A stretch of 64,000 nucleotides of DNA from an uncultured Clostridia bacterium. Lineage in GTDB: Bacteria; Acidobacteriota; Aminicenantia; UBA2199. The position numbers and the translations under genes are program-made. The notes beneath the pieces were generated by a model. That model searched no databases, was not told the DNA's origin, and was given only the letters and a program-made list of their open reading frames with translations. Positions 9,401 to 17,541 of this stretch are shown here, piece after piece. Every line of letters starts with the position of its first letter. The stretch's first letter is position 1. The stretch spans positions 9,597 to 73,596 of the forward strand of contig CAZLSH010000002.1 of the NCBI GenBank assembly GCA_964562095.1, read 5' to 3'.

Positions 9401-10453
9401 ATGGACCTCCAGGAGCGCCTGCAGCGGCTGTATCGCGAGCCGAACCGCGGCGACCTGATCCATTTTCTTGCCACTCCCGATATGAACGAGGTCGGGTGTT
9501 TGTACGACTTCGCCGACCGCGTGCGTCGCGAGCATGTCGGCGACGCCGTTCACCTGCGGGCCATCGTCGAGTTCTCCAGCTTTTGCCGCAACGACTGCCT
9601 CTACTGCGGCCTGCGCCGCTCCAACCACGCCCGCCGCCGGCTGCGCATGCCTCTGGATGAGATCGTCGCCCAGTGCCGACGGGCGGAGACGCTCGGCTTT
9701 CGCACGGCAGTACTGCAGTCGGGCGAGGACCCGTTCTACGGCCGCGAGGCGATCGCCGGCCTGGTGCGCCGGGTGAAGGCGGAGACCGGCCTGGCCGTCA
9801 CCCTGGCGGTGGGGGAGAGGAGCGAGGAGGAGTACCGGGCCTTCTTCACGGCCGGAGCCGACCGCTACCTGCTCAAGCACGAGACGTCGGACCGCGAGCT
9901 CTACGAGAGGCTCGACCCGGGTCTGAGCCACGAGCGGCGCATCGGCTGCCTGCGGCTGCTGAAGCGCATCGGCTTCCAGACCGGCAGCGGCATCATGGTC
10001 GGCCTGCCGGGACAGAGCCTGGAAAGCATCGCCGACGATATCCTGCTGTTCCGCGACCTGGACCTCGACATGATCGGCTGCGGCCCGTTCATTCCGCACC
10101 CGGCGACGCCACTGGCAGCGGAGCCGCCGGGAAGCGAGGAACTGACCTACCGCGTGCTCGCCCTGGCGCGACTTGTCACCCGCGACACCCACATCCCGGC
10201 CACCACCGCCCTGGCGGTCACGGCCGGCGACGCCGGGCGCGCCAGCGCCCTGTGCCGCGGCGCCAACGTGGTCATGCCCAACATTACCCCCCAGCCCTGG
10301 CGCGGCGCCTACGAAATCTATCCCAGCAAGGGGCGGACGGAGGTCTTTGACCCGTCCCTGCTGGAGCGGCTGCGGCGGACGCTCTGCGAGCTGGGACGTT
10401 TCATTGCCGAGGACGCCGGCGAACGGGTAGGATTCCCCCATTCGATTTCTTGA
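9401..10453 (+). CDS. hydE: [FeFe]-hydrogenase maturase HydE (radical-SAM, biotin-synthase-like)
   Basis: Radical-SAM CRNDCLYC motif, a 350-aa BioB-like fold, and its start overlaps the hydG stop (TAGATG). Confidence 0.85.
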   Translation: MDLQERLQRLYREPNRGDLIHFLATPDMNEVGCLYDFADRVRREHVGDAVHLRAIVEFSSFCRNDCLYCGLRRSNHARRRLRMPLDEIVAQCRRAETLGFRTAVLQSGEDPFYGREAIAGLVRRVKAETGLAVTLAVGERSEEEYRAFFTAGADRYLLKHETSDRELYERLDPGLSHERRIGCLRLLKRIGFQTGSGIMVGLPGQSLESIADDILLFRDLDLDMIGCGPFIPHPATPLAAEPPGSEELTYRVLALARLVTRDTHIPATTALAVTAGDAGRASALCRGANVVMPNITPQPWRGAYEIYPSKGRTEVFDPSLLERLRRTLCELGRFIAEDAGERVGFPHSIS

Positions 10454-10477
10454 CACGACAAGGGGAAAAATGTATGA
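10449..10477 (+). promoter_or_regulatory. Near-consensus sigma70 promoter (TTGACA-17 nt-TATGAT) overlapping the hydE stop
   Basis: TTGACA at 10449-10454, a 17-nt spacer and TATGAT at 10472-10477. It lies in an unusually AT-rich 240-nt intergenic region. Confidence 0.5.
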
Positions 10478-10526
10478 TTCCAATTCCGATCCAACTTGAG
10501 TTTATTTCGTAACGATAGGAGGAATC

Positions 10527-10619
10527 ATGGAGTACGGCTGCAAGGCCCATGCCGCAGTAGCCGGACGAATAACGCTCTTTCCTGTTTTCCACCGGCCGCC
10601 TTCTAAGTTGAAAGAGTAG
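10527..10619 (+). CDS. Candidate 30-aa leader/upstream ORF (MEYGCKAHAAVAGRITLFPVFHRPPSKLKE)
   Basis: An AGGAGG RBS 5 nt upstream of the ATG, positioned ~50 nt downstream of the consensus promoter and 75 nt upstream of the MFS gene. Confidence 0.3.
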   Translation: MEYGCKAHAAVAGRITLFPVFHRPPSKLKE

Positions 10620-10695
10620 GAGCCAGTGATTCCCAAGCCGGAAGAAGAAAAATGTGGATTGTAAGTGAAAAAAATCGATGAAAGGAGAAAAAACC

Positions 10696-12048
10696 ATGGC
10701 TGAAAAAATTAGAAACCGCTGGCTGATCGCCATCATGGGGACCGTCCTGCAATTGGCTCTCGGCACAGTGTACGCCTGGAGTTACTTCCAGAAGCCGATC
10801 ATGACTTCTTTTGGCTGGTCCAATGTCACCGTCATGTGGATATTCAGCCTGTCGATCTGCTTCCTGGGTTTGGCCGCCGCCTGGGGCGGGGTGAACCTGG
10901 CGAAGATCGGACCGACCAAGTTGGCGATCACCGGGGCCATACTCTGGGGTTCCGGCTGGTTGATCGGAGCCTTGGCCATGTCCATGCAGAGCGTTATCCT
11001 CCTGTACATCGGCTATGGCGTGATCGGAGGCATCGGGCTCGGACTCGGCTATGTGACCCCGGTGGCCACGGCGGCCAAGTGGTTCCCGGACAAAAAGGGT
11101 TTTATCACCGGCATGGTTGTCATGGGATTCGGACTCGGCGCGCTGATCATGTCCAAGTTGATCGCCCCTGGGCTCATGTCCAGTTTCAACGGCATACTGA
11201 AGGGCATTCCCGCCGAGTCATTCGTTGACGGGAAACTGGTCGACTCATCCACGCAAGCCCTGCTGCAAGGCCAGCTGGTCAACGTTTTCATGTACGCGGG
11301 CATCATCTTGTTCATTATCGCCCTCTCTGCCGCCGTGTTCATGAAAAATCCTCCCGCCGGATACGTGCCGGCCGGGTTCACGCCTCCGGCTAAAGGCGCA
11401 GCCGCCCAGGGTGGTGAAGACAAGCTCACCATCAGAGGCTGCCTGACATCCAGTAAATTTTTCAGGATGTGGCTGATCTTCTTTTTGAATATTGCTGCCG
11501 GCATCATGTTCATCGGGCTGCAATCGCCGATGTTGCAGGATCTTTTGAAAAGGACAGGCTCGGCAATGGATGCCGCTGCCCTGGCAGCCGCCGGCGCCAC
11601 CTTGGTCGCCATCAGCTCCCTGTTCAATGGCATCGGAAGATTTTTCTGGGGTGGCCTCTCCGACAAGATCGGCAGGATCCAGGCGTTTCGCCTGATACTC
11701 GGAACGCAGTTGATCGTGTTTCTGGCGCTGATCGTCGTCAAAAATCCCTGGATATTCGGCATATTGGTATGTTATGTGCTCCTCTGCTACGGCGGCGGAT
11801 TCGGCACCATGCCTTCCTTCATCGGCGATATCTTTACCGCCAAGCTGATGCCGGTCGTGTATGGTACGGTTTTGACCGCCTGGTCGATGGCGGGGATCGT
11901 GGGACCGCAGATCGCTGCTTACATTAAGGACCATTATCAGGCGAATGCCCCGACGTATACTTTTGTAACCGGCGCCGCGCTGCTGGCCATCGGCGTGGCC
12001 ATCGCCTTCACCTTGAACAACCGCTCGCTGGCCGAAGAGCAAAAATAG
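10696..12048 (+). CDS. MFS transporter, oxalate/formate antiporter (OFA) family-like
   Basis: A 12-TM MFS profile with an OFA-like N-terminus (WLIAIMGTVLQLALGTVYAWSYF). An AAAGGAG RBS sits before the second ATG at 10696; the ORF-track start at 10678 includes the RBS. Confidence 0.75.
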   Translation: MAEKIRNRWLIAIMGTVLQLALGTVYAWSYFQKPIMTSFGWSNVTVMWIFSLSICFLGLAAAWGGVNLAKIGPTKLAITGAILWGSGWLIGALAMSMQSVILLYIGYGVIGGIGLGLGYVTPVATAAKWFPDKKGFITGMVVMGFGLGALIMSKLIAPGLMSSFNGILKGIPAESFVDGKLVDSSTQALLQGQLVNVFMYAGIILFIIALSAAVFMKNPPAGYVPAGFTPPAKGAAAQGGEDKLTIRGCLTSSKFFRMWLIFFLNIAAGIMFIGLQSPMLQDLLKRTGSAMDAAALAAAGATLVAISSLFNGIGRFFWGGLSDKIGRIQAFRLILGTQLIVFLALIVVKNPWIFGILVCYVLLCYGGGFGTMPSFIGDIFTAKLMPVVYGTVLTAWSMAGIVGPQIAAYIKDHYQANAPTYTFVTGAALLAIGVAIAFTLNNRSLAEEQK

Positions 12049-12076
12049 TTCCGTCAAAGGTCGTTGACTGAAGACG

Positions 12077-12118
12077 GCGGATATCCACGCTGGGCGGGGA
12101 TATCCGCTGTTTTTTTTT
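12077..12118 (+). terminator. Rho-independent terminator for the MFS gene
   Basis: A perfect 10-bp stem (GCGGATATCC ... GGATATCCGC) followed by TGTTTTTTTTT. Confidence 0.7.
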
Positions 12119-12177
12119 ACCGAGCTCGATCATTCCAGAATGGCCGGGAGATCATGGATGGGGATTATTTCCTGGAC

Positions 12178-12945
12178 TCAGAAAGTCCTGACGCGTCCCA
12201 GCAGACGCAGCAGTCCGTCCAGGATCGTGTAGGGGTGGGGAGGACAGCCGGGGATATAGAGATCGACGGGAAGCATCTCGTCCACGCCGTGGTGGACGTC
12301 CGCGTGCCCGGCGAACATGCCAGCAGAAATGGCGCAAGCCCCGACGGCAATGACGATCTTCGGTGCCGGCGTGGCGTCATAGGTCTTGCGCAGCGCCAGC
12401 TCCATGTTGGCCGTCACCGGCCCGGTCACCAGCAAGCCGTCGGCGTGGCGCGGAGAGGCGACGAACTGAATGCCAAAGCGGGCCAGATCGAACACGATGG
12501 TATTGAGCACATTGATGTCGGCTTCGCAGGCGTTGCAGCCGCCGGCGCTGACCTGGCGCAGGCGCAGTGAGCGGCGGAACAGCCGCAGACGTTTGGGCTC
12601 CAGTGGCCGGGCATGAAGAAAGCAGGCATCTCCGCTGACGGCCAGGCCGCGTCTTTCGTTGGCGGCGAGGATGTATCCGGCGGTGAATGTGATCACCTGA
12701 TCGGGGCAATGGCGCGCGCAAGCGCCGCAAAAGATGCAGCGGCCCATATCGATGACCGCCGTGCCCTGCGCCTTATGGATTGCCTGTACCGGGCAAACCC
12801 GGATGCAGGCGCTGCAGCCGCTGGCGCATTTCCCGGCGGCGATCTTCGGTAAGCCCAGGAAGCGGTCCGGCAGGATAGCTGCCTGCTTCGGGTATTGCAC
12901 CGTGCGTTGACGCTGGGCGATCCTTGTTTTCAGAACATTCGCCAT
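12178..12945 (-). CDS. Fused 2x[4Fe-4S] ferredoxin (NuoI/HycF-like) and NuoB/HycG-like small subunit of an energy-converting hydrogenase-related complex
   Basis: The N-terminus has two Cys clusters (CASGCSACIRVCP, CIFCGACARHCP). The C-terminus has the NuoB/small-subunit cluster ligands GGCNACE, GACA, GCPP. Confidence 0.8.
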   Translation of the reverse strand: MANVLKTRIAQRQRTVQYPKQAAILPDRFLGLPKIAAGKCASGCSACIRVCPVQAIHKAQGTAVIDMGRCIFCGACARHCPDQVITFTAGYILAANERRGLAVSGDACFLHARPLEPKRLRLFRRSLRLRQVSAGGCNACEADINVLNTIVFDLARFGIQFVASPRHADGLLVTGPVTANMELALRKTYDATPAPKIVIAVGACAISAGMFAGHADVHHGVDEMLPVDLYIPGCPPHPYTILDGLLRLLGRVRTF

Positions 12946-12961
12946 GGTGAGCCTGCCTCAT

Positions 12962-14485
12962 TCATAGATCAAATCCACAGTATGACAAGTTGAAGCTCTT
13001 GTTGCAGAGCGGGAAATCGGAGATCGGTTGGCCGCGCATGGCCAGCGCCAGGCCGAACCAGTTGTGGAACGACGGGTCGACGATCTTGTAGCGCTGGAAA
13101 CGGCCGTTCTTGTCGGTGATGGCCACGTGGCAAATTTCTCCCCGCCAGCCTTCGACGAGCGCCACTGTGAGCGCCGAGGCTCTTGCCGGCAGGGGGCCGG
13201 CGGCGATCTCCTTGCCTTTCTGCGCCCTGAACGGCGTGTCCGTTCTGCCCAGATGTTCCAGCAGGAACGCGCAGGATGCCTGGACCTCGCGCCAGCGCAC
13301 ATGCGCTCGGCTGAACACATCGCCTGAATCATGGCTGCAGACCGGAATATGGGCGAAGCGGTAGTACCCATGGGCATGGTCCTGGCGCACGTCTTGAAAG
13401 CAATCGCAGGCGCGCAGCGCCGGGCCGACCAGACCGATGCTCTCCGCCGTTTCCCGCGCCAGCCGGCCTGTGCCCTCGAAACGGGCGAGGATGGAGGCGT
13501 CCTCCCAAAGAAGGCCGGTCGCGCCCAAGAAATCAGAGGTTGAGCCTTGAAGCTTTTTGGACAGCTCCGCTTTTCTTTTCTCATCCAGGGCGAATCCGCA
13601 ACCGCCGGGGACCACCAGGCCGCGGCCGAAGCGGTTGCCGCAGAGCACGGCGGTCATGTTCAGGAAATCACCGCGGATTCTGCCGCAATACGACATGGTG
13701 GGCAGAAAGCCAATGTCCCCGGCCAGCGCGCCCAGATCGCCGACATGGTTGGCGCACCGTTCCAGCTCCAATGCCAATGCCCGCACCATGCCGTCATGGG
13801 CAGAGATCTTGCAGCCGGCCAGTGATTCAACGACCTGGCAATAAGCGCTCATGTGGCCCACCGAGGTGTCGCCGGCGATCACGGCCATCTGAAAGGGCGA
13901 GACGGGGAAGGGCCCGCCACGCAGCGCGTTCTCGATACCGCGGTGCTGGTAGCCCAGTGATATCTCCAGGTGGAGGACCGTCTCCCCGTGGCATTGGAAG
14001 CGGAAGTGCCCCGGCTCGATGATCCCCGCGTGCACGGGGCCGACCGCCACTTCGTGGATCCCTTCGCCACGGACCCGGAAGTAGTCGATCCGGCCGATGG
14101 AGGAAGCCGGCCCTTGCTCCTTTGCCGCCGGCTGGGGAAAACGGACCGCCTTGAGCCAGGGATGGCCCTGGGGCCGCAGCCCGGTCTGCTCGCAGATCTC
14201 CCTTTCGAAGAGATGGACTTGGGGAAAACGGGGGGTCAGGGAGGGGAAATCCTTTTTCCTGGTTATGGTGGAGATGACGGAGAGGGAGCCATTGCGGTCG
14301 TCTGCGGCCACGGCGTACAGTTGGACCTTTTGGGCGTCGAGGCGGTCGCCGAAATAGGCGCAGACCCGGAATCCCCGGTCCAGCAGTACGGCCAGAGACT
14401 CGACGAAGTCGTCCAAGTCAAGGACGGGAACATCGGCCAATGGGATGACCTGGCCGTTGCCTATGCGAGGGATGGCGGCGCTCAT
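12962..14485 (-). CDS. NuoC-NuoD fused large subunit, group 4 hydrogenase / Ehr-like, lacking the NiFe-ligating cysteine motifs
   Basis: Only the 3-prime 1.5 kb of the listed 892-aa ORF looks protein-like; the real start is MSAAIPRIG at 14485. It has the NuoD/HycE signature GPVHAGIIEPGHFRF...HRGIE. Where HycE has RVCGICGFAH this protein reads VIAGDTSVGHMS, and its C-terminus is DFPLCNKSFNLSYCGFDL instead of DPCxxCxxR. It overlaps the next gene by 4 nt. Confidence 0.8.
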   Translation of the reverse strand: MSAAIPRIGNGQVIPLADVPVLDLDDFVESLAVLLDRGFRVCAYFGDRLDAQKVQLYAVAADDRNGSLSVISTITRKKDFPSLTPRFPQVHLFEREICEQTGLRPQGHPWLKAVRFPQPAAKEQGPASSIGRIDYFRVRGEGIHEVAVGPVHAGIIEPGHFRFQCHGETVLHLEISLGYQHRGIENALRGGPFPVSPFQMAVIAGDTSVGHMSAYCQVVESLAGCKISAHDGMVRALALELERCANHVGDLGALAGDIGFLPTMSYCGRIRGDFLNMTAVLCGNRFGRGLVVPGGCGFALDEKRKAELSKKLQGSTSDFLGATGLLWEDASILARFEGTGRLARETAESIGLVGPALRACDCFQDVRQDHAHGYYRFAHIPVCSHDSGDVFSRAHVRWREVQASCAFLLEHLGRTDTPFRAQKGKEIAAGPLPARASALTVALVEGWRGEICHVAITDKNGRFQRYKIVDPSFHNWFGLALAMRGQPISDFPLCNKSFNLSYCGFDL

Positions 14486-15969
14486 CGGCCGATCCCCCTT
14501 TCCACCGCGGCTGCCGCGTCCCGCAAAAAGGCGGAGAAAGGCTCGGGAAGCCATATTCCCAGCAGCAGCAGCGCTGCCGCCAGGCCCAGGACGATCAGGA
14601 TATCGGGCAACCGGGGCTTTGCGGCCGCAGGCAGCGCGCCGCTGCCGCCGCCGAAGGAAACAGCCATGGCGTTTTTCAGGGCGCCGAAAAAAACGGCCAG
14701 GACGCAGAAAAGGAATAGCCCGACGATAAAGTATCGCCCCTGGAAAAAGGCCTGCTTGACGATCAGGAATTCGCTGAGGAAGATCGAGAAGGGCGCCACG
14801 CCGATCAACGCCAGGATGGATAGGAAGAAAGCCCCGCCCCAGAGAGGCACGCGCTCGCCGGCGGCGCTGATCCGCCGCATGTCTCTGGTCCCGTAATGGA
14901 CGCTGATATGGCCGGCGGCAAAGAAGGAGAGGACCTTGGCGAACGAATGGTTGGCGGTGTGCAGCAGGGCCGCGAACGTGCCGATGCCGCCGAGTCCCAG
15001 TCCCACCGCGATGATGCCCATGTGCTCCACGCTGCAGTAGGCCAGGAAGCGCTTGATGTCGCTCTGGATGGGAATGAAGATCGCCGCGAAAAGCAGCGAG
15101 GTGAACCCGAAGATCAGGATGATGGCCTGGGCCTGCCCGTCCCCGCCCATCGCTGCCTTGGCGATCGGCAGGTAGCGCATGATGCAAAAGAGGGCGCAGT
15201 TGAGCATCACCCCGGAAAACGCCGCCGAAACCGGCGTCGGGGCCTGGCTGTGGGCGTCGGGGAGCCAGGTGTGCATGGGCGCCAGCCCGGCCTTGGTCCC
15301 GAAGCCGACCACGATGAAAACGAAGGCGAAGAGCATGAGTTGCGGGTCGATCTGGTCCGCATGCCGCGCCAGCCGGCTGAAAAGGAACTGCGAGCCCGCC
15401 CCGGGCAGGTTCTTGGCCGCGGCGACCGTCAGGATCGTGCCCATGAAGGCGAAGACGATCCCCACCGAGCAAATGAGCAGGTACTTCCACATGGCTTCGA
15501 TGGAAAGGGGGTCGGTTTCGGAAATGATCAGGAACGCCGAGACCAGGGTCGTCGCTTCCAGGGCCACCCACATGACCCCGATGTGGTTGGACATCAGGAC
15601 CAGGAGCAGCATGGCCTGGAACGCCTGCCAGAGCATGCAATAGCGCTTGACGGCGGTGCGGCCCAGGTTGCCGGCCTGGATCCCGTGCTTGAAGTAACCG
15701 CCGGCATAGATGGCGGTGATCAGGAAGACCAGGTCGACGAGAACGATATGGTACAGGGAGAGGGAATCGATGAGCAGGATGCGGCCGTAATGGGAATAGG
15801 CCCCGCCGGCGAAAAAACGCAAGGCCAGCGGCAGCGTCAGGACGGCTGTGGCCAGGGAGGTGACGACCGGGATGCGCAGGGTGCGTCCGGCGTCGGTCAT
15901 GGGCAGGCAGGCCAGGATGCCGCCGCCGAGAACGGCGAAAATGACGGGAATGAAAATCGCCGTCGCCAT
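14482..15969 (-). CDS. NuoM/NuoN/HyfF/MnhD-like proton-translocating antiporter subunit
   Basis: GLAPMHTWLPDAH and AYCSVEHMG motifs in a ~14-TM, 495-aa protein. Confidence 0.8.
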   Translation of the reverse strand: MATAIFIPVIFAVLGGGILACLPMTDAGRTLRIPVVTSLATAVLTLPLALRFFAGGAYSHYGRILLIDSLSLYHIVLVDLVFLITAIYAGGYFKHGIQAGNLGRTAVKRYCMLWQAFQAMLLLVLMSNHIGVMWVALEATTLVSAFLIISETDPLSIEAMWKYLLICSVGIVFAFMGTILTVAAAKNLPGAGSQFLFSRLARHADQIDPQLMLFAFVFIVVGFGTKAGLAPMHTWLPDAHSQAPTPVSAAFSGVMLNCALFCIMRYLPIAKAAMGGDGQAQAIILIFGFTSLLFAAIFIPIQSDIKRFLAYCSVEHMGIIAVGLGLGGIGTFAALLHTANHSFAKVLSFFAAGHISVHYGTRDMRRISAAGERVPLWGGAFFLSILALIGVAPFSIFLSEFLIVKQAFFQGRYFIVGLFLFCVLAVFFGALKNAMAVSFGGGSGALPAAAKPRLPDILIVLGLAAALLLLGIWLPEPFSAFLRDAAAAVERGIGR

Positions 15970-16616
15970 CAGCGCCTCAACTTTTCCAGCGAGCCGCTGC
16001 TGATGGTGTCGTACTCGCTATGGATGTGATGGACGACCATAACCATGATGAACACGCCGACGAGCATGTCCAGCAGAATGCCCATTTCCACGAAAAGGGG
16101 CTGGAAGGCGGCGATGGAGAGGCCCAGGATGAAGCCTGAGTTTTCGAAAACCAGGTAACCGATGATTTGACTGACCACGTTGCGCCGCGCCACGATGAGA
16201 AAAAGTCCGATAAACGCCGTGGCGATGGCGGTGGAGGCGTGAAACGGCGATATCGTGACCGAGTAGAACGGAATTTTTCTGAGCACATAGAAGGCGAAGG
16301 CCGAGGTCAGGATGCCGAAGGTGACCGACAGCGAATAGCCGATGGCGGGGTCGACCTCGCGCACGACGCGCACGTCCCGGATCGCCCGGCGTAGATAGCG
16401 GGGGATCAGAATGCCCTTGATGGCCATGCTTAAGAAGACGAGGAGGAACATGTGGATCCTCTCCGCCGGATTCGGCAGGAGCAGGGGCAGAACGCTTAAA
16501 AGCAGCCCCTGGGCAGCGACGCCGCGGATCATGCCCGAAAGCCGGCTCGTAGCCAGCATATACAGGTTGCAAACGACGATGGCGAGTGAAACCCAGGCCA
16601 GCGGATTGAATCTCAT
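15969..16616 (-). CDS. HyfE-like small membrane subunit (hydrogenase-4 component E family)
   Basis: A 215-aa polytopic membrane protein with a HyfE-like profile, positioned between the NuoH-like and NuoM/N-like genes. Confidence 0.65.
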   Translation of the reverse strand: MRFNPLAWVSLAIVVCNLYMLATSRLSGMIRGVAAQGLLLSVLPLLLPNPAERIHMFLLVFLSMAIKGILIPRYLRRAIRDVRVVREVDPAIGYSLSVTFGILTSAFAFYVLRKIPFYSVTISPFHASTAIATAFIGLFLIVARRNVVSQIIGYLVFENSGFILGLSIAAFQPLFVEMGILLDMLVGVFIMVMVVHHIHSEYDTISSGSLEKLRR

Positions 16617-16623
16617 TTTCCGC

Positions 16624-17541
16624 TTACCATGCGAGTGCCCCGGTCACGCTGATAAAAAAACCCAGCAAGGCGATCACGCCCGCGGCGAATAGAAGTTGCG
16701 GCACCTTGAGCAGCGGCACCCGGGCCATGGACGACTCCACAACGCCCACGATGGCGGCGATCAGGGCGATCAGCGCCACGAGCACGATCGTCTGCAGCAG
16801 TGGCGACGAGCTCGAAACAGGGAGCAAAATCCTCGCCAAAACCAGCGAAAACAACCAGAGCTTGATCGCCGCCGCATATTCCAGCAGCGCCAGCCCCGGG
16901 CCGCTGTTATCCAGGATCATCGCTTCGTGGATCATGGTGAGTTCCAGGTGGGTGTTCGGGTCATCGAATGGGATACGGGCATTCTCGGCCATGAGAACGA
17001 TGAACAGCGGCAGCGCCGAGAGCAGCACGGTGATGGAATCGGCGACCATGGGGGCGGAGAGAGCCGTCATGATGCTGCCGGTGCCATTCGCACGCATGAC
17101 GTTGAGCAGGCAGACGAACAGGACGGGCTCGGCGAGCGCCGAAAAAAAAGCCTCGCGGCTCGCCCCCATGCCGGCGAATGACGAACCGGTGTCGAGGGCG
17201 GACAGGATCAGGAAGAATCTTGCCAGGCCCAGGAGATACAGCAACATGACCACATCGCCGGTGAACAGCGGCTTCGGGCTCAGCATCAGGAAGGGCACAA
17301 AACAGGTTGCGGCGAGGGTAGCGGTGAAGATCACGACCGGGGCCATGCGGAACAGCCACGAGGTCGTCATGCTGGTTACGGTGCCTTTGTGCAGGAGGCG
17401 AAAAAGATCATAGTAGGCTTGGAGGAGCGGTTGCCCTTTGCGCCCGGCGAACATGGCCTTGACGCGGTTGATGATCCCGGCCAGCAGCGGCGAGAAGGCC
17501 AGTGCTGCGGCCGGGGAGATGAGAAAGGCGCTGATGTTCAT
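16624..17541 (-). CDS. NuoH/HycD/HyfC-like membrane subunit
   Basis: The N-terminal motif RVKAMFAGRKGQPLLQ matches the HycD/NuoH family; the protein is 305 aa with 8 TM. Confidence 0.8.
   Translation of the reverse strand: MNISAFLISPAAALAFSPLLAGIINRVKAMFAGRKGQPLLQAYYDLFRLLHKGTVTSMTTSWLFRMAPVVIFTATLAATCFVPFLMLSPKPLFTGDVVMLLYLLGLARFFLILSALDTGSSFAGMGASREAFFSALAEPVLFVCLLNVMRANGTGSIMTALSAPMVADSITVLLSALPLFIVLMAENARIPFDDPNTHLELTMIHEAMILDNSGPGLALLEYAAAIKLWLFSLVLARILLPVSSSSPLLQTIVLVALIALIAAIVGVVESSMARVPLLKVPQLLFAAGVIALLGFFISVTGALAW

Noticed and set aside
7829-10483. 884-aa minus-strand ORF across hydF-hydG-hydE
   Set aside because: It is antisense to three well-supported maturase genes and has a low-complexity Ala/Gly/Arg-rich translation.
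12962-15640. 892-aa minus-strand ORF spanning 2.7 kb
   Set aside because: Only the 3-prime 1.5 kb (from MSAAIPRIG at 14485) has protein-like composition and NuoC/NuoD homology. The upstream part is an open frame through GC-rich DNA that overlaps the real NuoM/N-like gene in another frame.
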